Shown here: positions 48,505-57,319 of the stretch, piece after piece | Position numbering within the stretch: the stretch's first letter is position 1 | Layout of the letters: each line of letters starts with the position of its first letter | Position numbers and translations under genes: made by a program | Notes under the pieces: generated by a model | What the model was told of the DNA's origin: nothing | The model's input: the letters and a program-made list of their open reading frames with translations, nothing else | Database searches by the model: none | Virus record (IMG/VR): IMGVR_UViG_3300025897_002116 | Span: 1 to 64,000 of that record | Direction: 5' to 3' (one strand) | DNA from: a virus | DNA: 64,000 nucleotides

Positions 48505-48948
48505 TTAAATTTTTAAAAATCCAACTTTTTCAAAGAATTTCTGTCCTCTTATATTATCTTTAACGCAATAAAGTCTAATATCTTTACCTACATGATAGCA
48601 AACATAATTACAGAAATCATGGGAGTCACCGTGTATTCTCTTTTTTGAGACAAACATATTATAGAGGTAATTATTATCAAACCAAACATAGCCGAGAACA
48701 TTATTATTCTCCTTTAAAACAAACATTAAATTGTTTTTTTGAAATCTATGTTTGGCTTCTTCAACATTAAACATTCCTGCCCATTGTATTTCTGAGTTGA
48801 ATAAGTCAATGCATTTTTGGACTAGATGGAGATCATCAGGTTCTACTTGTTGAACATTTAAATTAGGTCTAAGTGTAGGTGCTTTAAAAACCTCTTTATC
48901 GGCAATGTACCAAATTTTTTTTGTAGGATCTTCAACAAGTGGAAACAT
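48505..48948 (-). CDS. GNAT-fold acetyltransferase-like protein
   Basis: LGYVW, YNMFVS, N..GQKFFEKVGF. Confidence 0.7.
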   Translation of the reverse strand: MFPLVEDPTKKIWYIADKEVFKAPTLRPNLNVQQVEPDDLHLVQKCIDLFNSEIQWAGMFNVEEAKHRFQKNNLMFVLKENNNVLGYVWFDNNYLYNMFVSKKRIHGDSHDFCNYVCYHVGKDIRLYCVKDNIRGQKFFEKVGFLKI

Positions 48949-49121
48949 TACTTAGTCTTTTGTAGTATTTCAAGAGCGCGTTGTATTTCTTCAGTTGTGT
49001 ATTCTAAGAGAATTTGATAAGCTCGTCGATCATCTACTTTTCGTTTAAAGTCTTTTGATTCGCTTTGATGACTTGAAAGTCTATTTTGTCTATCATGCCA
49101 GGCTGTAATTGTATCACTCAT
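48948..49121 (-). CDS. Small hypothetical protein (57 aa, not in ORF track)
   Basis: MSDTITAWHDRQ...; TAATG coupling to the GNAT gene; promoter variant at 49122-49177. Confidence 0.55.
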   Translation of the reverse strand: MSDTITAWHDRQNRLSSHQSESKDFKRKVDDRRAYQILLEYTTEEIQRALEILQKTK

Positions 49122-49178
49122 AACTTTCTATTTTTATATTTACTTAAAGATAGTATAATTTAACCAGAAAACCAACTA

Positions 49179-49679
49179 TTACAAGTTTTTATTATGAACT
49201 AAAATACCATTAGCAAAAAAATTACTATTGTCTTCTACATGAAAAATATAAGTCTGTACTGGTTCTCTCTCCTGTTCTTCTAAGTCTACAAGTTTTACAT
49301 TCTCTAGTTCCAAATCAATTAAACTATCTCCTACTTTAAGTTGATTAATTTCGGAGGTAAAAGTGTATCTTGCTGATGTTAGGTTTGGTTTATAAGATGC
49401 TAGGTGTTTACCCTCAACATAGTATGGATGATCAAATGTAGAAATTATTTCAATATCATTTTCTAATATCAATTTGATTAAGTCATTATGTATAGAGGTA
49501 GAAACTTCTATTACTTCTTTAACTTCTATTTCTTGAGTTTTTTCGTTATAAGAGAGAACAAAATCACCTATTCTAATGTCCTCTATGTACTTAGTATAGT
49601 AATCCTCCATGGTAACCTCTGTACCTGCTACAAAGCAAAGTTTATTGGACATTTGTTTACTATTTAAAAATTTTTCCAT
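49179..49679 (-). CDS. Stand-alone Hint (intein-like) domain protein
   Basis: CFVAGTEV, STFDHP, NFFANGILVHN-KNL. Confidence 0.9.
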   Translation of the reverse strand: MEKFLNSKQMSNKLCFVAGTEVTMEDYYTKYIEDIRIGDFVLSYNEKTQEIEVKEVIEVSTSIHNDLIKLILENDIEIISTFDHPYYVEGKHLASYKPNLTSARYTFTSEINQLKVGDSLIDLELENVKLVDLEEQEREPVQTYIFHVEDNSNFFANGILVHNKNL

Positions 49680-49761
49680 TTATATCTATTAAATTTTTGA
49701 AATATTTACACTTGCTTTAAGGAAATAAAACAGTCTGCACTATACTTTTCATATGCTACTT

Positions 49762-50904
49762 TCAAATTAAACTTTTTGCTTTCTTTTTTAAATCTTTATT
49801 TTTTACTTGTATTACTATTTGGTATTTAGTTCCTTCTTCTACTTTATCATATGTCATATGCTGCCAAGGTTTATAAATATATACATCTCCTTGTTTAATC
49901 TTACAAACAGCGCATCCTCCTTCTTTACTTCGTTCCCAACTTTCTTCTGCAATAAGGTTACCTCCTTTGAAATTATCATTTAAGTATATATCAATACTCA
50001 TACATAGTTGTTCAGGGGCAGATAAAGGCATTCCTTTAGTAGTCATAACATGTCTATCGTATTTATCTCCTTCTTTGTATCTGAATAGACTGATATCTAA
50101 ATCATTAAAATTAACATTATTAAACTCTTTAAATATTTTCTCACTAATGATACTATTTAATCTTTGATTAGATTTAATTTTTGGTACATATCCAAATCCT
50201 CTAGAATGCACTACTCCTTTTACTAAAGCTGAAGTTTTATGATCTTTTAAATCGTTAATATTATCTTCTAGAAGTTCATTACAAAGATCTTGAGGTATTA
50301 TATTAGTTAATTTACGAAAAAGAGGAGTGCAAACAAACTCTTTACCTACATAATAAGTCCAACATACTTCTTTATAGTCTCTCATAAATTTAGGATAAGA
50401 TTTGAGAGAGTCTTTCTTGAAATGATATATCTTTTTGTTTAAAAGTTTATCTTTTTTTAATCTAGCATATTCATATATCGATAAACAACAGTTTTGGTTA
50501 GCTATAGATTTAGCTGCTTCTTCAAACTTACCGTAACTTCTATCTTTATATGTATCCATAAAGATACCATCATACTTAATGCCTTTCTCTGCTAATGTAG
50601 GTATTACTTCAGTCCAGTCACCAAATAAGATAGTAACATTTGACTTACCTATAGCCCATTCTAACGCTTTTTCATAAATCTGAGGGTTTATTTCTATACA
50701 GGTGTAGTGGTTTGCAAGTTCTGACATTTTATTTGCCGAGAATCCCATTCCGAATCCAACATCAAGAACGTTGCCTCCATTTTCACAAACTACGTTTGAA
50801 TACATATCCATCAGAGATTTGGATATAGAATCCATTACAATGGAACGATTATTATTTTTTAGGTAAATTGTTTTACCTGTAAATACTACCTCTTTATCTC
50901 TCAT
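49762..50904 (-). CDS. Fusion: GAMT/Rmt2-like SAM methyltransferase plus 2OG-Fe(II) oxygenase-like domain
   Basis: GGNVLDVGFGMG, CIEINP, DGIFMDTY; C-terminal RYKEGD.Y.RH, YLNDNFKGG, H...V..G.KY. Confidence 0.75.
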   Translation of the reverse strand: MRDKEVVFTGKTIYLKNNNRSIVMDSISKSLMDMYSNVVCENGGNVLDVGFGMGFSANKMSELANHYTCIEINPQIYEKALEWAIGKSNVTILFGDWTEVIPTLAEKGIKYDGIFMDTYKDRSYGKFEEAAKSIANQNCCLSIYEYARLKKDKLLNKKIYHFKKDSLKSYPKFMRDYKEVCWTYYVGKEFVCTPLFRKLTNIIPQDLCNELLEDNINDLKDHKTSALVKGVVHSRGFGYVPKIKSNQRLNSIISEKIFKEFNNVNFNDLDISLFRYKEGDKYDRHVMTTKGMPLSAPEQLCMSIDIYLNDNFKGGNLIAEESWERSKEGGCAVCKIKQGDVYIYKPWQHMTYDKVEEGTKYQIVIQVKNKDLKKKAKSLI

Positions 50905-51425
50905 ATTAAACTTGTATCTAATTTTAATCGCGTTTTTGATATTCCTATTTGGAATATTTCAATATTATGTGGGAGTTCAATTACGAATTTTATAATATTA
51001 GAAACTTCTGAGAATTTTAGTTTTTGATTTTTTACTAACTTAGCACTCTCTAATGTATTAGGGTATACATTTATAATACGAACTTCCTTTTCTATATCTC
51101 GTAATTCAAATGTTTTTTGTTCTAAATGTTTTTTATCCTCAATATACTTTTGATTAGGGCCTCCAAATATTAATGCAGATGTTAGTATATTAATTATAGT
51201 TTTAGGTTTATATTTCCACTCTTTATAAACAAGTTCAAATAAATCAGATTGTAATTTATCTTTATATTCATTATTAATAAATACATCATACTCGTTTATC
51301 ACATTTGAAAAGTAATGTGCATACGAATCAGTAGTACTTAGGGAATCAGCTTTATGACCATTTGAAGAGAGATGATCTTTTATATTCTTTCCCAATCCAT
51401 AATTTCCTGTAACTAATATTTTCAT
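50901..51425 (-). CDS. Short-chain dehydrogenase/reductase-like protein
   Basis: ILVTG.YGLG, DVFINN, IINI, Y...K. Confidence 0.7.
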   Translation of the reverse strand: MKILVTGNYGLGKNIKDHLSSNGHKADSLSTTDSYAHYFSNVINEYDVFINNEYKDKLQSDLFELVYKEWKYKPKTIINILTSALIFGGPNQKYIEDKKHLEQKTFELRDIEKEVRIINVYPNTLESAKLVKNQKLKFSEVSNIIKFVIELPHNIEIFQIGISKTRLKLDTSLI

Positions 51426-51437
51426 ACCATAAAGGTA

Positions 51438-51932
51438 TTACAGTAGTGGGTTTTTTAAATCTAAATGTTCGTAAAAGTAGAACCCGATTAAACTCCATCG
51501 ATTTCCCTTAGTAACTTCTAAGACTTCGTGTTCTAATGAATGTTTAAAAGTGTAAAGGGAACCTGTATTTTTTGGTAGTATCTGGTATTTCGGTTGGTGT
51601 ATAACAAAATCACCTCCTTCGTAATCTTCATTTAAAGAAGCTCCTATATTATAAATCTGATTATCATAATAGATATCTCTATGTCTACCGAACTTGTCAC
51701 CAACGGAATAGTTAAACATATGAATAGCATCTAAACTTTTAACAACTTTAATTCCAGTTGTTTCAGTAAAGTAAGAATCCATTCTATCAAAAATCCACCG
51801 TATATATTGATTCCACCCAATAGAATAAAAATTATAACTAATAGGACGTGGGTATTCATTCCTCTCTGTCTTTTGTAACTTAGCCGAAAGTTTTATAATA
51901 GCATCACATTCTTGTTTATTAAATGAAATCAT
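51438..51932 (-). CDS. 2OG-Fe(II) oxygenase (prolyl-hydroxylase-like)
   Basis: Y..GD.F.RHRD, LNEDYEGGDF, HEV.EVTKG.RWSL. Confidence 0.88.
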   Translation of the reverse strand: MISFNKQECDAIIKLSAKLQKTERNEYPRPISYNFYSIGWNQYIRWIFDRMDSYFTETTGIKVVKSLDAIHMFNYSVGDKFGRHRDIYYDNQIYNIGASLNEDYEGGDFVIHQPKYQILPKNTGSLYTFKHSLEHEVLEVTKGNRWSLIGFYFYEHLDLKNPLL

Positions 51933-52075
51933 CAAAGATGCTTAGCACTAAATAATTCAAAAAATTTAGTTACAGTTCGTCTAATTTGAGATTTTTCAGT
52001 ATCAGTCAATACTTGTACAGTTCGATTTTGAACATTAGTATTTGATACTTTTTTGTATAATGTTGGTTTTTTCAT
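51932..52075 (-). CDS. Small basic 47-aa peptide (not in ORF track)
   Basis: MKKPTLYKKVSNTNVQNRTVQVLTDTEKSQIRRTVTKFFELFSAKHL; TGATG coupling to the oxygenase. Confidence 0.65.
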   Translation of the reverse strand: MKKPTLYKKVSNTNVQNRTVQVLTDTEKSQIRRTVTKFFELFSAKHL

Positions 52076-52083
52076 ACTATTAA

Positions 52084-54402
52084 TTATTTATTGTGCACTA
52101 ATATTCCGTTAGCGTAAAAATTTCTATTATCTTCAACGGAAAAAATATAAGTTTGAGTTGGTACAACTGGTAGTTCCGTTATACTCAAAATAGTAGTTTC
52201 AATATCACTATCTAATGTGTATACCGTATCACCAACTTTTATCTGAGAAACTTCTAACGGTAAGTCATATCTTTCGTTTGTTAACTTAGGAGCATACGAT
52301 GCAAGTTCTAAATTATTTACATAGAATGGGTGGTCATGTGTAGATATAACTTCTGTTTGATTTGAAAAAGTATATTTAACCAAATCATCATGTACTGGTG
52401 ATTCAGTATCTAATACATTCTTATCTTGATGTATTCCAGTTTTTTCATTATACGTTAAGACTGTATCACCAACTACTACGTCTTCTATGTTTTTTTCATC
52501 TCCATTGGATAACATAATTGAAGTTCCTGCAATAAAACAATACCTATTATGTACCAATACCTTATTTGCAAAAAAGTTATGATTTACTTCTACTGTCTTT
52601 ACATTGTAAACAGCAGTTGGTTCTGTTAGTATTTCGGTTGATAATATTGTTAATTCTGAACCATCTTGTTTAAATACTTTGAATCCTTCTTCTGCTTTTG
52701 TTGTAGTAAGATTGTATACACCTGTAGTGTAATCTGGGTCCATAGATACCCATCCTTTTTCTTTTGAATATAATGGATGATCTAACGTTGATTCTATAAT
52801 ACTGTTATCTTCAAATGTGTATTTTACAGTTGTATTTACCAATTTGGATCCGATTCCTTTAACTAAGTGCGGCTCTACTACATTAGTAGCAAAATTAAAA
52901 GACAAAACAGAATCTCCTATTTTAATATCTTCTACTAATTTATACTCGCCATTTGCTAAGGTAATTTCAGTTCCTGCTACAAAACAAGGAGCGTTGTGTG
53001 ATACGATGGCTTGAAAAGAAGTAGACCCACTTATGATATATGTATCAGTATCTTCAACATCTAACTCAACAATTTTCAAACCAGTATCGGATGTTACATA
53101 AAAGTTAACCTCGTCTATATCAATAATATTACCGTTTAAATCAAAGAAATAATCATCATCCGGGTTTAGATATTGGGTAGGTTTATATGCTGTTTGATTT
53201 GAAGAAGAATTATAGACTAACCACTGTTTACCGGTGCCGGTGAATTTAGAATCTGAATCGATTACAACTTCCATAAGTGCATTATAAGTTGAATCTCTTT
53301 CTACTTTAAATACAACTTGTGATGATGTTATGAATGATCCAGATGGTAATTCGTTACCTTCAAAATTCCAAGCTAGTAATGTGGAATCGGATTCAACTTG
53401 TGGTGAACCAGAAATAAAATACGATGATACAAAGTCTCCGACTTCCGTATCTCCTATTTCGGTGAAAGTACCGTCTACCATTTGTATTTTATGAGTAGAC
53501 AATATACCAGATGATCCTGCTTTTATAAAGTTTGTAGCAAACTCATAATAATGAATATCTGATAGCTTATTAATGTACCTTGTTGTGTCCACTTCAGATG
53601 ATATGTCAGCAGGTAATTCAAATATAGAACTTATCTTATAACTATGTAGTGTTACTACACTTAAATCACTCCCATACACTATTTGAAAAGATCTTACAGA
53701 TGTTATGTGGCCATTATCATCGGTATTAGACGTATTATAGTGATATTGGAGGATTAATTTATCATCTCCTTTAATTTCCTCTACAAATGAATTCCATCTA
53801 TCTTCGTTTGACTCATTTTCTACTGTAGAACCTATTTTATAGAAACTAATAGGGTTATATACTTCGGTTATATCCTTTATAGCAACATCTGGAATATTAG
53901 ATGGGTTAATAGTTGATTCTAGTGTATTTGTAATTGAATCAGATCCAGAGTAATAATGTGAAACTACAAAACTACCGCTATCAGTTGAATCACTTGAATC
54001 AAATAAACTAAGTAGCTCTAATGTGCTTTTACAGTATACACTATCAAATAAAGCAGATTCATCATATGCTAACCTTAATATAAATTTATCATCTGAATCT
54101 TCTATACTTTCTGGGTATATTGTGTTTAAATCCTCTGGATGTAGAACTATATTATCAGCAAGTGATGGAATACTTGTGGTTATAGCAGTAGATATCGCAG
54201 AAACTATCTCATTGTGAAAAACTGGTTTGTAAGTAATATGTAACTCAGCTATGTCATTTGTAGTAAGGATTTCAGCAAATTCAGTAAAATTAAAATTTGA
54301 CAATTCATTACCGACTATACTAGTATCTGTGTTTATTTCTAATAACCTAAGATTTCCATTACTGTCTTTTGCAAAATCTGCAGAAAAAAATGTGCCTTTC
54401 AT
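52084..54402 (-). CDS. Circularly permuted ATP-grasp-like domain fused to three tandem Hint domains
   Basis: N-terminal DF..D.NG.LRLLEINT, then PDVAIK, LILQY, SVR; Hints at aa 299-470, 473-619 and 622-771, each ending HN. Confidence 0.8.
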   Translation of the reverse strand: MKGTFFSADFAKDSNGNLRLLEINTDTSIVGNELSNFNFTEFAEILTTNDIAELHITYKPVFHNEIVSAISTAITTSIPSLADNIVLHPEDLNTIYPESIEDSDDKFILRLAYDESALFDSVYCKSTLELLSLFDSSDSTDSGSFVVSHYYSGSDSITNTLESTINPSNIPDVAIKDITEVYNPISFYKIGSTVENESNEDRWNSFVEEIKGDDKLILQYHYNTSNTDDNGHITSVRSFQIVYGSDLSVVTLHSYKISSIFELPADISSEVDTTRYINKLSDIHYYEFATNFIKAGSSGILSTHKIQMVDGTFTEIGDTEVGDFVSSYFISGSPQVESDSTLLAWNFEGNELPSGSFITSSQVVFKVERDSTYNALMEVVIDSDSKFTGTGKQWLVYNSSSNQTAYKPTQYLNPDDDYFFDLNGNIIDIDEVNFYVTSDTGLKIVELDVEDTDTYIISGSTSFQAIVSHNAPCFVAGTEITLANGEYKLVEDIKIGDSVLSFNFATNVVEPHLVKGIGSKLVNTTVKYTFEDNSIIESTLDHPLYSKEKGWVSMDPDYTTGVYNLTTTKAEEGFKVFKQDGSELTILSTEILTEPTAVYNVKTVEVNHNFFANKVLVHNRYCFIAGTSIMLSNGDEKNIEDVVVGDTVLTYNEKTGIHQDKNVLDTESPVHDDLVKYTFSNQTEVISTHDHPFYVNNLELASYAPKLTNERYDLPLEVSQIKVGDTVYTLDSDIETTILSITELPVVPTQTYIFSVEDNRNFYANGILVHNK

Positions 54403-54419
54403 GTAGTAAGTATTTTAAA

Positions 54420-54427
54420 ATAAATAG
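54420..54427 (-). promoter_or_regulatory. Class II (putative late) promoter motif CTATTTAT
   Basis: Same octamer sits upstream of genes at 1468, 3820, 7366, 14626(+), 28999, 30974, 46580 and 57273. Confidence 0.65.
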
Positions 54428-54574
54428 AAGTATTTTCAGTAATACCTACTGATCTGTTAGTCTTTTTTACCATAGTCACCGTATAAGCATTCTACTCCCC
54501 GCTATACAGAAATTGTATCTTACTTAGCCCTACTGTGCGGTATGGGTACTTAAGGGTAACTATCTTTAATTAAT

Positions 54575-54742
54575 TTATTTGTTTTCCTCTACGGAAGCGG
54601 CACGGTAAGCTGTAATCAACTTTTTTATTTCACCTGCGAATTTGCGAGCTCTCTGTTGAGACGCTTTAGTAGTGCCGGAATTGTTTTCTGCTAATCCGTT
54701 AAAATTAGACTGTATTTCTTCAAATAACTCTTGTTTGTTCAT
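54575..54742 (-). CDS. Histone H1-like (Hc1-type, Bacteroidota) small protein (55 aa, not in ORF track)
   Basis: TKASQQRARKFAGEIKKLITAYRAASV resembles the KAA..RARK....I.K....YRK.S motif. Confidence 0.7.
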   Translation of the reverse strand: MNKQELFEEIQSNFNGLAENNSGTTKASQQRARKFAGEIKKLITAYRAASVEENK

Positions 54743-54761
54743 AATTTTTAATTTAATTGTT

Positions 54762-56405
54762 TTAACCTAATAGCATATTTGGATCTATACTATCTTCTTT
54801 TTTATTTAACTCTGGTGTAATAGAAACTACTGCTTCTGTTATTAACATCGTACCAGCTACCGATGCGGCATTTTCTAGTGCCAGTCTTGCGACTTTGGTC
54901 GGATCAATAATACCTGCTGAGAACATATTTACTTTCTTATTCTCTCTAGGATTATACCCTAACCAATTATCTTTAGAGTTTCGTAACTCTTTATCAATAC
55001 TGTTTATACTTTCGGCAGTAAATCCAGCATTCTGTAGTATCTTCTTAAATGGTGCCACACAGGAATTAAGTACTATCTGGTATCCTTTTCGTTCATCAGT
55101 AGAATCAATTGAATCTAATCTAGTTTGTAGCATTGTAGCTGCATTTAGTAATGCAATTCCTCCTCCAGGTAATATACCTTCTTCTAAAGCTGCTTTTGTA
55201 GCATGTAGTGCATCGTCAACTCTATCTTTCTTTTCTTTCATTTCAACCTCTGTATGACCTCCTACATGTACAATTGCTACTCCTCCAATAAATTTAGCTA
55301 AACGGTCTTGAAGGGTTTCTTTTTCGTAGGGTGAAACTGTATCGTCAATCTGGTGTTTTATCTCTTCAATACGAGCTGAGATTTTTTCTTCTGTTCCTTT
55401 AGCGTCAATAAGCGTGGTGGTGTCTTTACCCACAGTAACCTTATTAGCTTTACCAAGCCAGGTAGCATCAAATTTATCTAATCTCATTCCTTTTTCAGTA
55501 GATACTACTTGACCTCCAGTCATTATTGCAATATCCTCTAATACAGCTTTTCTTCTTTCTCCAAACTCAGGAGCTTTAACCGCCACTACATTTAGAATTC
55601 CTCTCATTTTATTAACAACAAGTGTCGACAAAGCTTCTCCATCTATATCTTCAGCAATTACTAATAATGATTTACTCTGTTGGGAGGCACCTTCTAAGAT
55701 AGGTAGTAACTCTTTTACCTGTGTTAGACGTTTATCTGTAATTAAAATTAACGGATCACGAAGAACAGCTGTCATTGTGGTATTATCGGTAACAAAATAA
55801 GGAGATTTATAACCTCTATCGAATTGCATTCCTTCGACAGTTTCTAAATATGTTTCTCCTGTTTTTGATTCCTCAATTGTCACAACTCCGTCTCTACCTA
55901 CCTTATCCATGGCAGTGGAAATTAATTCGCCTACTTCCGTATCATTATTAGCTGAAATGGTAGCGACTTGTTTTAGCTGCTCTTCATCCGTTATTTCTTT
56001 AGAGTAATCTTTCTGTAGGAATTCTACGACTTCTTTTACTGCTTTATCAATTCCTCTTTTAATATCTACTGCATTTGAACCTGCATCTAGAGAATTGATA
56101 CCTTCATCAAGAATGGATTGTGCAAGTAGAGTAGAAGTTGTAGTTCCGTCGCCGGCTTGTTCTCCTGTTTTAATAGAAGCTTGTTTTACAATTTGTGCTC
56201 CTAAATTTTCAACTTTATCTTTTAATTCAATAGATTTAGCAACTGTTACTCCGTCTTTAGTAGATATTGGATTTCCCATCTCTTGTTCTAAAATAACATT
56301 ACGACCTGAGGGTCCTAGTGTTGCGGTGACTGCATTTGCTAATTTATCTACTCCGTCTGCAAGTTTATTTCTTGCTTCTTTTGAAAAAATAATTTCTTTA
56401 TTCAT
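54762..56405 (-). CDS. groEL: Chaperonin GroEL
   Basis: [41 protein letters not shown]. Confidence 0.97.
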   Translation of the reverse strand: MNKEIIFSKEARNKLADGVDKLANAVTATLGPSGRNVILEQEMGNPISTKDGVTVAKSIELKDKVENLGAQIVKQASIKTGEQAGDGTTTSTLLAQSILDEGINSLDAGSNAVDIKRGIDKAVKEVVEFLQKDYSKEITDEEQLKQVATISANNDTEVGELISTAMDKVGRDGVVTIEESKTGETYLETVEGMQFDRGYKSPYFVTDNTTMTAVLRDPLILITDKRLTQVKELLPILEGASQQSKSLLVIAEDIDGEALSTLVVNKMRGILNVVAVKAPEFGERRKAVLEDIAIMTGGQVVSTEKGMRLDKFDATWLGKANKVTVGKDTTTLIDAKGTEEKISARIEEIKHQIDDTVSPYEKETLQDRLAKFIGGVAIVHVGGHTEVEMKEKKDRVDDALHATKAALEEGILPGGGIALLNAATMLQTRLDSIDSTDERKGYQIVLNSCVAPFKKILQNAGFTAESINSIDKELRNSKDNWLGYNPRENKKVNMFSAGIIDPTKVARLALENAASVAGTMLITEAVVSITPELNKKEDSIDPNMLLG

Positions 56406-56406
56406 T

Positions 56407-56709
56407 TTATGATTCTTTTACAACTGCTAAAATTTCTCTGTCTTGTGCTATATAGAACTCTTCACCTTCAAAGTCAATTCGAAGTGTTCCTATTTTTGGA
56501 ACAAGTACTATGTCTCCTACCTTGCAGGATCGGACAGTAATTAATTGATTATGTTCGGACATTCGGCCAGGACCGACTGCTAGTACTTCTCCCATTTCTG
56601 GTTTTTCTTTTCCTAAATCTGGGATTACTATTGAACCGTAAGTTTGTTCTCCTTCATCTATTGGTTTTAGAAGAACGCGGTCATTTGCTGGTGATAACTT
56701 TTTTAACAT
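56407..56709 (-). CDS. groES: Co-chaperonin GroES
   Basis: PANDRVL, IVIPD, GEVLAVGPG, KVGDIVL. Confidence 0.95.
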   Translation of the reverse strand: MLKKLSPANDRVLLKPIDEGEQTYGSIVIPDLGKEKPEMGEVLAVGPGRMSEHNQLITVRSCKVGDIVLVPKIGTLRIDFEGEEFYIAQDREILAVVKES

Positions 56710-56759
56710 ATATATAACGTTTTAGTTTATTAATATAAGAAATAAAATTTTAAGATCAA

Positions 56760-57254
56760 ACTCGAGAGCGGAAATAATTAAGCTATTTTCAAAGTTTTTA
56801 ACTCTGAACCTTTAGCGAAAGGGACTGTGATTTTAAGTAAACCATTTTCAAACTCAGCATTTGCTTTGCTTAAATTAAATTTACTATCAATCTTCCAACC
56901 AAGATTAAAAGATCGTTTAGCTATACCCTTATGTAGGTACTGACTAAGGTCATCTTCTTTTGGTCGGGTGTAGTTTATTCTAATTATATTACCCTGAATT
57001 TGTATCTCAACTTCTTCTTTTGAGATTCCTGTACAAGCAATATCTAGACCTAGACCGTTGTCTTTCTCGTAAATATCTACAGGATGGGGGAGTTTGGATG
57101 CTGCCAGTGGTGCGTATGCACTGGCGTCTTGGAAAAAATTCTTTACTAGAATGTCGAACGGATTGCGTTCGTAAAATAATGTACTCATATCATTTAAAAT
57201 TTGTGATGCCCTAGGGTCATCGGTTAAAAAAAAAATATAAAATCGCTCTCGAGT
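56760..57254. repeat. 11-bp perfect inverted repeat bracketing hsp20
   Basis: actcgagagcg (56760-56770) and cgctctcgagt (57244-57254). Confidence 0.75.
56778..57188 (-). CDS. Small heat-shock protein (Hsp20)
   Basis: HPVDIYE, YLHKGIAKRSF, AEFENGLLKI. Confidence 0.92.
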   Translation of the reverse strand: MSTLFYERNPFDILVKNFFQDASAYAPLAASKLPHPVDIYEKDNGLGLDIACTGISKEEVEIQIQGNIIRINYTRPKEDDLSQYLHKGIAKRSFNLGWKIDSKFNLSKANAEFENGLLKITVPFAKGSELKTLKIA

Positions 57255-57319
57255 CGACCTTAATTACTTTTAATAAATAGGATAAAATTTACTTTCCTAC
57301 GTATCTTCCGTTTATAACT

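Noticed and set aside
52084-52986. Canonical selfish inteins
   Set aside because: No homing endonuclease, no Cys/Ser/Thr at +1, and no conserved host protein is interrupted.
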